From a virus (lineage: Duplodnaviria; Caudoviricetes): a DNA stretch of 64,000 nt. Made by a program: the position numbers and the translations under genes. The stretch's first letter is position 1. Each line of letters starts with the position of its first letter. The DNA lies in the IMG/VR virus record IMGVR_UViG_3300024259_001623; one strand, 5' to 3'. This document shows positions 35,573-43,564 of the stretch, piece by piece. The notes under the pieces were generated by a model. It ran no database searches. It was not told the DNA's origin and saw nothing but the letters and a program-made list of their open reading frames with translations.

Positions 35573-36028
35573 TTAAATCTTTCTGATAAACATAATACCT
35601 TTTCTCTTCAACTCTTCATCATTGATATCGCTAACAAATTGCCCTTTGGTGTCCTGAGCATAGACTTTTTCAACTATATCATTGCGGAAATCTTTGATAA
35701 TCTTTCCAATATAGAATCTAGGAGTAGCGGTAATGTTTTCAATGTCAGTCTCTTCAACACATAAATCTTCATTATCTACTACATAAACTAGATGATTTCT
35801 AACGCCTTTTCTGCCAGCGTAAACCACACTTACTTCTTCATCATCTTCGTTGAAAAAATCAACCCAACAGGCTTCCCATTCTCTCTTTTGCTCGTCCAGA
35901 GTCAGGGCGTTAGCCATATTTTCCTCAAACACAATATCTTTAGCCTTATCAGATAATTCATTAATATCTTCTGATGTAGCCAAAATACTTTTCTGTCCGT
36001 ATTCATCTTGCATAACTAAATTATACAT
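35573..36028 (-). CDS. Hypothetical protein
   Basis: 151 aa, AAGGAG RBS. Confidence 0.6.
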   Translation of the reverse strand: MYNLVMQDEYGQKSILATSEDINELSDKAKDIVFEENMANALTLDEQKREWEACWVDFFNEDDEEVSVVYAGRKGVRNHLVYVVDNEDLCVEETDIENITATPRFYIGKIIKDFRNDIVEKVYAQDTKGQFVSDINDEELKRKGIMFIRKI

Positions 36029-36064
36029 ATATTCTCCTTATAGAATCTTATTATTTCTTATATG

Positions 36065-36508
36065 TTATCTCAAAACCCAATCGACTTGATCATTGATCAG
36101 ATCAGGGATATCTTCCGTATCCATGTAGTCTACGCCAAAAGTTCTCAGCAAGTTGCCAAAGTCTTTCAGGTCTGGAGTGTTTACCTTGCCTTCTTTGTCA
36201 TCTTCGTATGGAATAGCATGTAATGCCGAGGCAACCAGAACAGCCTTATGCTTGTCATCTAACTCAGCCCAATCATTCAGATAGATAATGATATAATAGG
36301 CATATGCACAATCCATTCTAATTGGATATGGGACAGGCTTGACTTCGTAAAACTTTTTACCTTCTTTTCTTTCCTTGTTAGTTATAGCTACACACTTAAT
36401 AGTTTCTATATCCAAAGTTCCAAAAACCTCTGGGTACTTACTTACTAATTGAGAAGCCATATCCGAAAAATCATCTAAACTTGCGTACTCTGGTTTCAAT
36501 TGTGCCAT
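36065..36508 (-). CDS. Putative phage metallopeptidase-like protein, motif degenerate
   Basis: YIIIYLNDWAEL...KAVLVASALHAI...PDLKDF resembles the family pattern but lacks HELxH. Confidence 0.5.
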   Translation of the reverse strand: MAQLKPEYASLDDFSDMASQLVSKYPEVFGTLDIETIKCVAITNKERKEGKKFYEVKPVPYPIRMDCAYAYYIIIYLNDWAELDDKHKAVLVASALHAIPYEDDKEGKVNTPDLKDFGNLLRTFGVDYMDTEDIPDLINDQVDWVLR

Positions 36509-36547
36509 TGTATTTCTCCTTTATATTTCGATTTTTATATTTTATCT

Positions 36548-37015
36548 CTAAAGACTTTCACTTTCTTTAGACTTGTTTAATTTCTTTTTTAATTTTTTGA
36601 GTTTTTTTTCTTGAGCTTTGCATTCTTTTTTCAATTCATCTAGCCTTTCCAAATCTTTCTTCAATTTGAATTCTTTCTTAACTATTTCGTTTTCAAAACC
36701 CAATAATATTTCAAAAATCCCTGCATTATCAACATTAATTCTTCCAATAGCTCTACCCACATCTTCCTGAGAAATTCTTTTCCAATCTTTACCTTTCTTT
36801 TTGATAAAGAAAGAACGCACATATTCTGGATGATTAGCCCAAGCGTCATAAGCATTGATATTTTCAGAATATCTGATAAAAGCTTCCAGGGTAGAATGTT
36901 CTTTTAAAAAATGAGCAGTATATGTTCTTCCCTCTAATTTAACATCTTTATCTTCATATTCATATTCTGGAAAATTATGCGTTATCCCGAAATCGTTAAA
37001 TAAACTTTCCATCAT
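36548..37015 (-). CDS. Hypothetical protein with C-terminal coiled coil
   Basis: 155-aa ORF in operon. Confidence 0.55.
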   Translation of the reverse strand: MMESLFNDFGITHNFPEYEYEDKDVKLEGRTYTAHFLKEHSTLEAFIRYSENINAYDAWANHPEYVRSFFIKKKGKDWKRISQEDVGRAIGRINVDNAGIFEILLGFENEIVKKEFKLKKDLERLDELKKECKAQEKKLKKLKKKLNKSKESESL

Positions 37016-37544
37016 ATAATACCCACCTTTTATCTAGAGGAATTATTCCATCATTCAATTTTCCCATATAATCTAACCACTCTTCTACAGTATTAAAAAT
37101 TTCTTCATGTTTAGCAATAGCAAATAGCCAATCAGGAGCATGTTCTTTGCCTTGATCCACTATAGCAAATATAGGTTTACACTGTCTTTCTGCCGTTATC
37201 AATTCATCATGGCTTCCAAGAGTATAGATGTCCAAATTAATCTTAATTACTAAGAATTGACTATTATCAACCATTCTTAAATCTAGTCGTCTATAATCTT
37301 TAACATGTCTAGAAAGCTTATCGAATTCTCCATTCCTCTTCCATTCAACAGCTTTATTCTTTTCAAATCCAATCTCAGAACCTAAACCTTTTGGCTTATC
37401 AGTAGGATCAAAAAATTCAATTGGAATCTTTCTATTAATAACCTCTTCTTTTACTTGCCTTCTCCATGTAACTCCATCATCATCGACATAAGTGATAGGA
37501 CCAGCCAAATATCCTCTACCCCCTGCCAACATATTTTTACTCAT
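36996..37544 (-). CDS. Nucleoside 2-deoxyribosyltransferase-like protein
   Basis: YLAGPI, FFDP, DLRMVDNSQFLV, GSHDEL, KPIF. Confidence 0.7.
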   Translation of the reverse strand: MSKNMLAGGRGYLAGPITYVDDDGVTWRRQVKEEVINRKIPIEFFDPTDKPKGLGSEIGFEKNKAVEWKRNGEFDKLSRHVKDYRRLDLRMVDNSQFLVIKINLDIYTLGSHDELITAERQCKPIFAIVDQGKEHAPDWLFAIAKHEEIFNTVEEWLDYMGKLNDGIIPLDKRWVLYDGKFI

Positions 37545-37557
37545 ACTTCTCTCCTAA

Positions 37558-38580
37558 CTAAATATCCAAATTGAATTTGGCTTTTTGACCAACATCAACA
37601 ACTATTTCCGGTGGTGTGCTTCTCAATAACAAATCGTCAATATTTATTCTTTTATATTCATCTCCATCATATATCATAATCAAATTGTCAACATGATTAT
37701 TTTCTATGGGAAAAACAAATTCTTTACCTAAAGTAGCATCTATTTCTTCTTTCATCCATCCAGCATCAACATGGGTTACTTCTAATTTTTCTGTATCTTT
37801 GATTATTCCATGATAATCTAATCGTATAGCAATAAGATCTATCACGGAATCTGTTACAATCTCGAATCCCCACTTAAAAGCATAAATTTGCCTAGGCTTA
37901 TTAAGACATATAAAAGATTGGCATCTATAATCATTTTCTTCTAAAATATCTTCTTTCCCAGCACTATTCATAAATTTTTTCTTCTTGTAACCATATGACT
38001 TGAATCCTGTTACTTTATTCCAGTTATCATTTTCGTTATCCCCAAGAATCTCTGACAAACTTTGATCTTCGGAATTTATTTTATGATCTTTTCTGCCTTT
38101 CCAAGTAGCAGATATCGCAACACTATCTTGTTTTTGATTTTCATCCGGGCCTGTAACTTTTCTACGAACTGACAAATTCGGAAGACTATGTAAAACATTG
38201 AAAGTGTGTCTTTTACCTTTTTCTTTGTACAAAAGATATAAAACCATATTAGGAGCTATTTTAGAAAAATGTTCTTCCAAAAATCTAAATGATTCATCCA
38301 TATTTTTGCAATATTTTATACCGTTCATTTCATCATCTTTACTTTTTTCAGGAGCCTTTGTTACTTCACACCACATATCCGAGAGTTCTGATTTAGTAAA
38401 ATTTTTCCATTTCTTAGCTTCATACTTAGAAAATTTTTTCTTCTCAGCTTCGGTAAACGCTTTAGCTGTAGCGCTATATTGCTCTGAACTTATATAACCC
38501 ACAGAACAATTTTTAATAGATGCGTTATATTGCCCTGGACTTGTATAACCCATAGAACAATTTTCTACAATCATTCCCAT
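37558..38580 (-). CDS. Hypothetical protein with N-terminal 17-aa duplication
   Basis: VENCSMGYTSPGQYNAS / IKNCSVGYISSEQYSAT. Confidence 0.6.
   Translation of the reverse strand: MGMIVENCSMGYTSPGQYNASIKNCSVGYISSEQYSATAKAFTEAEKKKFSKYEAKKWKNFTKSELSDMWCEVTKAPEKSKDDEMNGIKYCKNMDESFRFLEEHFSKIAPNMVLYLLYKEKGKRHTFNVLHSLPNLSVRRKVTGPDENQKQDSVAISATWKGRKDHKINSEDQSLSEILGDNENDNWNKVTGFKSYGYKKKKFMNSAGKEDILEENDYRCQSFICLNKPRQIYAFKWGFEIVTDSVIDLIAIRLDYHGIIKDTEKLEVTHVDAGWMKEEIDATLGKEFVFPIENNHVDNLIMIYDGDEYKRINIDDLLLRSTPPEIVVDVGQKAKFNLDI
38467..38568. repeat. Diverged tandem duplication, period 51 bp
   Basis: 38467-38517 versus 38518-38568 share ctatattg/ttatattg, tataaccca and agaacaatttt blocks. Confidence 0.75.
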
Positions 38581-38581
38581 T

Positions 38582-40537
38582 TTATTTTTTGCTCTTAATG
38601 GGATCGCCCTCGGAATCTCTCATACCCTTACACTTAGGATATGTGCTGCATCCGAAGAACTTCCCGTACTTGCTCTTTCTTTCTATCATTTTCGATTTAC
38701 ACTTTGGACATTTGTGGTCGCTGTAAACAATTTCTTTTTTCTCTTTCTCAATGGGCTTCCCATCTTTACTTATCTTGGCAGTATACTTACAGTTAGGATA
38801 TCCACTACATCCATAAAACTTTCCAAACTTGGAATGCTTTAGAGAAAGTTTAGATTTACATTTAGGACAATCATAATCAGTTAAGTTAATTTTCTTCTTC
38901 AAACCATTAGCATTGTCTATATCCTTTTTGAGTCTAGTCCAAAACTTATCCAATACTGCTAGTTTTGCGGAGTTACCATTTGATACTTCATCCAACTCAT
39001 CTTCCATGCTAGAAGTAAATTTCAAATCTATAAAACAAAAATCTGCTTTAATGAGGAAGTCTGATACTCCAATTCCTAAATCCGTTGTAACAATAGATTT
39101 ACCTTTTCCTACTTCTACATATCCTCTAGCTTTCAACGTTTTTGGAATGGTGGCATAAGTACTAGGACGACCAATACCCATTTTTTCTAGTTCTTTAATA
39201 AAACTAGCTTCGCTAAACCTAGTTGGAGGCTTTGTTTGCTTCTTCTCTGTTTTTGCATCTATCAAAATGACTTTATCTCCGATCTTTAGATCAGGCAAGA
39301 ATTTATCAGATATGTCAGAATAATCCCAGACTAATCTGAAACCATCGAACATTTCTTTACTACCATTCGCCGAAAGTACATATTTTTGACATTTAAATTC
39401 AGCGCTTCTTCGTTCATATATAGCAGGAGACATTTGAGAAGCGACTACTCTCTTCCATACCATTTTATAAATCTTAGCTTCATCTGATCCGCTACCTATC
39501 CATTCTTTAACTAAAACATCTGTAGGACGGATAGCCTCATGAGCTTCTTGGGCATTCTTAGATTTTGCTTTGTAAAAATTCTTCTTACTAGGCAGATAAT
39601 CTTTTTTATAGTTATTCTTAATATAATCTACAGTGGAATCAACAAAATTGCTTACAATACTTACAGAATCAGTTCTATGATAAGTAATTGCCCCAACCTC
39701 ATATAACTTTTGAGCAGCTTTCATTGTTCTGTCAGGACTAAACCCTAAGAAACTAGATGCTGACTGTTGTAAAGTCGAAGTGGTGAAAGGAGCGTAAGGT
39801 TTAGCCTTTTCAGTCTTAACGTCATATTTAGACACCAATATATCTTTGGTTTTTAAGGTGTTTATAATCTCTTCTGCTTCTTTTTTCGTAGAGATATCTA
39901 GTGGCTTAGGAGTTTTGATCAGAGCTATTATCTTTTCATGTTTATCAGTTAATAGTTCTGTCTCAACTGGCCAGTATATAACTGGGATAAAACTTTTTAT
40001 TTCTTTTTCTCTTTCTGCAAGTATTCTCAAACCAGATGATTGAGTTCTGCCTGCTGAGGCTCCACCAGTTGCCTGTTTTACCAAGAAAGAGCATTTATAC
40101 CCGCACAGACGATCTAAAATTCTTCTTGCCTCATAAGCATCAACAAGGTCCATGTCGATATCAGCAGCATTATCTATAGCGTCCTTTACAGCCTTTTTGG
40201 TGATAGAGTTTGTCTTAGCTCTTTTGAATTTAGTGCCAGCAGGCAAATGAGTAGAAATGTGCCACGCAATCGCCTCGCCTTCACGATCTGGATCGGACAT
40301 AAGATAAACTGTATCTACTTTTTTAGCAGCTTTAAGAATATCGTTTAAAACTTTCTTCTTATCTGGCATAACTTCATAACTAGGTGTGAAGTTATTTTTA
40401 ATGTCCACACTGATCTTCTTTGCTGGCAAATCTATAACATGACCTACAGATGCCATACAATTATAATCTTTACCCAAATATGCTTTTGTCTTTTTCGATT
40501 TCGTAAAACTTTCTTGAATAACTAAGAACTTTGCCAT
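38582..40537 (-). CDS. topA: DNA topoisomerase I (type IA)
   Basis: TOPRIM DPDREGEAI, SAGRTQ, ITYHRTDS (catalytic Tyr), AHEAIRPT, GIGRPSTYA, two C-terminal zinc ribbons. Confidence 0.96.
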   Translation of the reverse strand: MAKFLVIQESFTKSKKTKAYLGKDYNCMASVGHVIDLPAKKISVDIKNNFTPSYEVMPDKKKVLNDILKAAKKVDTVYLMSDPDREGEAIAWHISTHLPAGTKFKRAKTNSITKKAVKDAIDNAADIDMDLVDAYEARRILDRLCGYKCSFLVKQATGGASAGRTQSSGLRILAEREKEIKSFIPVIYWPVETELLTDKHEKIIALIKTPKPLDISTKKEAEEIINTLKTKDILVSKYDVKTEKAKPYAPFTTSTLQQSASSFLGFSPDRTMKAAQKLYEVGAITYHRTDSVSIVSNFVDSTVDYIKNNYKKDYLPSKKNFYKAKSKNAQEAHEAIRPTDVLVKEWIGSGSDEAKIYKMVWKRVVASQMSPAIYERRSAEFKCQKYVLSANGSKEMFDGFRLVWDYSDISDKFLPDLKIGDKVILIDAKTEKKQTKPPTRFSEASFIKELEKMGIGRPSTYATIPKTLKARGYVEVGKGKSIVTTDLGIGVSDFLIKADFCFIDLKFTSSMEDELDEVSNGNSAKLAVLDKFWTRLKKDIDNANGLKKKINLTDYDCPKCKSKLSLKHSKFGKFYGCSGYPNCKYTAKISKDGKPIEKEKKEIVYSDHKCPKCKSKMIERKSKYGKFFGCSTYPKCKGMRDSEGDPIKSKK

Positions 40538-40749
40538 TTTATCTCCATTTCGTGTCTATCAATATATTTTTGTCTTGAAACTTTTGAACTCAATTCCTGT
40601 ATTACTTTTTTCCTTATCTGCTCTGTTGTAAGATTATTTTTTTTCGCAAAAATGATTAACCTGTCGATAGAATCTATTTTTTCCCTCTCGGGAGGATCAA
40701 ATACTTTTTCTTTCATAAATTGATATATTATATTTTCAAAATGATTCAT
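40522..40749 (-). CDS. Hypothetical protein
   Basis: 75 aa; overlaps the topA start. Confidence 0.5.
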   Translation of the reverse strand: MNHFENIIYQFMKEKVFDPPEREKIDSIDRLIIFAKKNNLTTEQIRKKVIQELSSKVSRQKYIDRHEMEIKWQSS

Positions 40750-40761
40750 AAATAACCTTAT

Positions 40762-40796
40762 AAAAAAGGGGCTACATAAAGGGATTATGTAGCCCC
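40762..40796 (-). terminator. Rho-independent terminator
   Basis: 12-bp perfect stem GGGGCTACATAA/TTATGTAGCCCC, 5-nt loop, then T6 on the minus strand. Confidence 0.8.
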
Positions 40797-40838
40797 GGGA
40801 TATAACCTTTCTACTAAAATTGTTATATAGAAAGGGAG

Positions 40839-40862
40839 ATATTAACTATATATAGTTAATAT
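40839..40862. repeat. Perfect 24-bp palindrome ATATTAACTATATATAGTTAATAT
   Basis: Read directly; intergenic. Confidence 0.85.
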
Positions 40863-40882
40863 AATGAGACTAGAACCCTTTA

Positions 40883-41263
40883 TTATTTGCCATAATATCT
40901 ATATAAAATTCCAGATGCAACAGCAGCTACTTGACACCATGCGCTCTTAGATGCATCTTTATTACTCCATGTAGGAATTCTTCCATCACGATCAGAACAA
41001 AAACCTATTCCATTAAGCTCTTTATCTTTTCTCGCGTTGAAACCAATGGAGAACAATCCGCTTCTTACCATCCGATCATAAGCCTTGGAGACTCTTTCGG
41101 AGATAGGTATATTAAGAGCCTTAGCTAATTCTGGCAAAGAAGGAGTTGCTCCCTCGATAAAAGCCATAAGCATAGCTACTCCGTAGCCACCTTCTTGTTC
41201 CTCAAAAGAGGCTCTTGTCCAATTATCTCCACAAATCTCAGATACAAGCTTTTCGTACTTCAT
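40883..41263 (-). CDS. Hypothetical protein (possible winged helix)
   Basis: GGAG RBS; SLPELAKALNIP segment. Confidence 0.6.
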   Translation of the reverse strand: MKYEKLVSEICGDNWTRASFEEQEGGYGVAMLMAFIEGATPSLPELAKALNIPISERVSKAYDRMVRSGLFSIGFNARKDKELNGIGFCSDRDGRIPTWSNKDASKSAWCQVAAVASGILYRYYGK

Positions 41264-41355
41264 AAATTTTCTCCATTAAAATAAATTTCTTTAACTTCTA
41301 AACAGAATTATCCCTTGATTCTTCTGCACTTTTTGACAAATTATCAAACTTTCTT

Positions 41356-42258
41356 TTATCGCCCAAGAGCCTTATGACACAACTCAGAGATTTCCTCAAG
41401 AGCCTGTAATTCCTTACCTGGAACCGAAATAGCCTTTTCTAGAGAACCATAATGATGTTCTAGGCACTCCAACAGTAATTTCTTAATCTTGGATTCATCT
41501 GGTCCCCAAGGCAACTTAGATTCATTATATGCAGTCTCAAGCTCTTGCTCCATACGAGTAAAGAATTCTTCTATTTGTTCCTGAGTCCATTCACCGCGAC
41601 GAATAGCTTTCAACCTTTCCCTATCCTGTTGCAAGTTCAAATCACCTAAAGTTAATATCTGCTGTACCTCTCCTATCAACCGGACCACATGCGAAGCGAA
41701 TTTGGTGTCATATCCAAACTTATCAATCAATGCAGCACGTTTACTTCCCAGTTCTGGATTCTTATTCTTCATCTTCTTCAACTGCGAATAAGCATAACCC
41801 TTGAACTTCGGCCAGCAAGCCTTGCTCAGGAACATATGCCTGTTATCACGCAACATCTGACCGACTTGAGTTGAATGAATAATGCAATTATCAGGTACAA
41901 ACAAACAGTCAACCATGTTTGGGTTCATCTCCATACATAAAGAGAAGAACTTAACAATCGAATAGACAGTCATATCATATTCTTTATCTTTATGCATAAC
42001 ATGATGTTCTTGCCAGTTCTCAAACCGTTTTTTATGTCTACCGAACCCTTCAATCTCACCACGAAGATGCGGGAATACCATATCTTTTGGTGGAATGCAG
42101 AACCCAACCACATCCATATCAGAAGTATCTCCAGACATCCCATATGCAACTGAGCCAGTGATGACTTCATAATGCATATTGATTGGTACGAATCTTGGAG
42201 GGTTGACTAGCCCAACGTCATGTAATTTTTTAACTATACTGCTTCCCATTTTTGTCAT
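41356..42258 (-). CDS. Pol-beta superfamily nucleotidyltransferase (RlaP/YcgL-like)
   Basis: GSVAYG...SDMD, NPNMVDCLF, FKGYAYSQL, GYDTKFASHVVRL. Confidence 0.82.
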   Translation of the reverse strand: MTKMGSSIVKKLHDVGLVNPPRFVPINMHYEVITGSVAYGMSGDTSDMDVVGFCIPPKDMVFPHLRGEIEGFGRHKKRFENWQEHHVMHKDKEYDMTVYSIVKFFSLCMEMNPNMVDCLFVPDNCIIHSTQVGQMLRDNRHMFLSKACWPKFKGYAYSQLKKMKNKNPELGSKRAALIDKFGYDTKFASHVVRLIGEVQQILTLGDLNLQQDRERLKAIRRGEWTQEQIEEFFTRMEQELETAYNESKLPWGPDESKIKKLLLECLEHHYGSLEKAISVPGKELQALEEISELCHKALGR

Positions 42259-42303
42259 CCTTTTCCGTTCTTTCTATATTATAGGGCAGAAACCAGGTTT
42301 TTG

Positions 42304-42612
42304 TCATATAATTTCAAAATTTTCTAAAAATTCATCTTCAAATTCTTCAAGTTCTATATCTACGGCAAAATCGACATCGCCGGGAGATACACAATAAACT
42401 ATTCGATGCTTCTTTTCTATTTTTTCATATGTTAAAGTAGAATCGTTTATTATATTTTCTACTGTAGGAGCAATATTTCCATCTTTTCTTTTTAGATAAA
42501 AAGTTTGTGCTTCATTGCTAGTCTGTACTTTATTCAGTATGATGAATACTTCATCGATCTCGCTGACTAATGCCATTTTGACTCTCCTCTTTTTTGAACT
42601 TTTCTTAGCCAT
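42304..42612 (-). CDS. Hypothetical protein (basic N-terminus, acidic C-terminus)
   Basis: 102-aa ORF. Confidence 0.55.
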   Translation of the reverse strand: MAKKSSKKRRVKMALVSEIDEVFIILNKVQTSNEAQTFYLKRKDGNIAPTVENIINDSTLTYEKIEKKHRIVYCVSPGDVDFAVDIELEEFEDEFLENFEII

Positions 42613-42650
42613 AATATTAACCTACATGAAGTACACTATTTATTTAAAAT

Positions 42651-42893
42651 TTAACGCCCTTGACAATTATCACCAGAACATCCGATCTCTCCGTCTTTGG
42701 ACAGACCATCCAAATATTCTTTCAATTCTGTATTTTTAGCACAAAAAAAACCATTTTCAGATCTCATGATATATTTGCAGGTTCTTTTACCCTGTCCTTT
42801 CAAACATATATCATATAAAGCTGCATCGTCTATCTTAATAGAATCATTGTGTAAAATATGATTCAACTTTTCTTCCGTATCTATGGCTTTCAT
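42651..42893 (-). CDS. Small Cys-containing hypothetical protein
   Basis: ICLKGQG..TCKY..FFCAK...GDNCQG. Confidence 0.6.
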   Translation of the reverse strand: MKAIDTEEKLNHILHNDSIKIDDAALYDICLKGQGKRTCKYIMRSENGFFCAKNTELKEYLDGLSKDGEIGCSGDNCQGR

Positions 42894-42895
42894 AT

Positions 42896-43564
42896 TTAAG
42901 AAATCCTACTTTTAGGGAATCCCCTCTTTTTTCTCTTTGCATAGACTCTTTGATCTAAATGCATATACTTTAGATTCCTCATATAAGAAAAATCTTTACC
43001 AGTATATTCCACCCATGAATGCCTTATAATAACCTGATTAATATATCTACATTTTTTCATTTTCTTTGTTACTTCTGTAAATTCATCATCGCAATAAAAG
43101 CTGGTGTAATCTGGATGATAAATATATCCAAATCTATCATAAAACTTTTTTCCCATTATGGACAACGTATTTAGTCTTTTACCTCTTCTACCATCATTAA
43201 AATGAAGAACTCCATCAGTGTTAGAAAAATACTTTTTCATATTTTTCATAATTATATCGTCATAACCTTTAACTATCGGGATCATATCATCAGAAGCCAA
43301 AAGTAACACATCAAAATCAACATTATCTAGATTTCCATTAATCGCTTCTACTTTATTTCTAAACTTACCATAAAAATATTTTAGATTTTCCTTATTCAAA
43401 AGATATTTTTTCATCTTAATATTATTCATTGAAGGATCATTTTCATTCATAGAAATGATAAACTCATAATCATGTTTACCAGATAAGAACTTATAGTACC
43501 TATCTAAGGTATTTCTGAATTTCTTTTCTCTGAATCTGGTTGGAAATTTTATCAACAATTTCAT
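42896..43564 (-). CDS. GT-A (GT2-like) glycosyltransferase
   Basis: LIKFPTR, KVEAIN, LASDDM (DxD-type), YCDDE, IIRH. Confidence 0.8.
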   Translation of the reverse strand: MKLLIKFPTRFREKKFRNTLDRYYKFLSGKHDYEFIISMNENDPSMNNIKMKKYLLNKENLKYFYGKFRNKVEAINGNLDNVDFDVLLLASDDMIPIVKGYDDIIMKNMKKYFSNTDGVLHFNDGRRGKRLNTLSIMGKKFYDRFGYIYHPDYTSFYCDDEFTEVTKKMKKCRYINQVIIRHSWVEYTGKDFSYMRNLKYMHLDQRVYAKRKKRGFPKSRIS

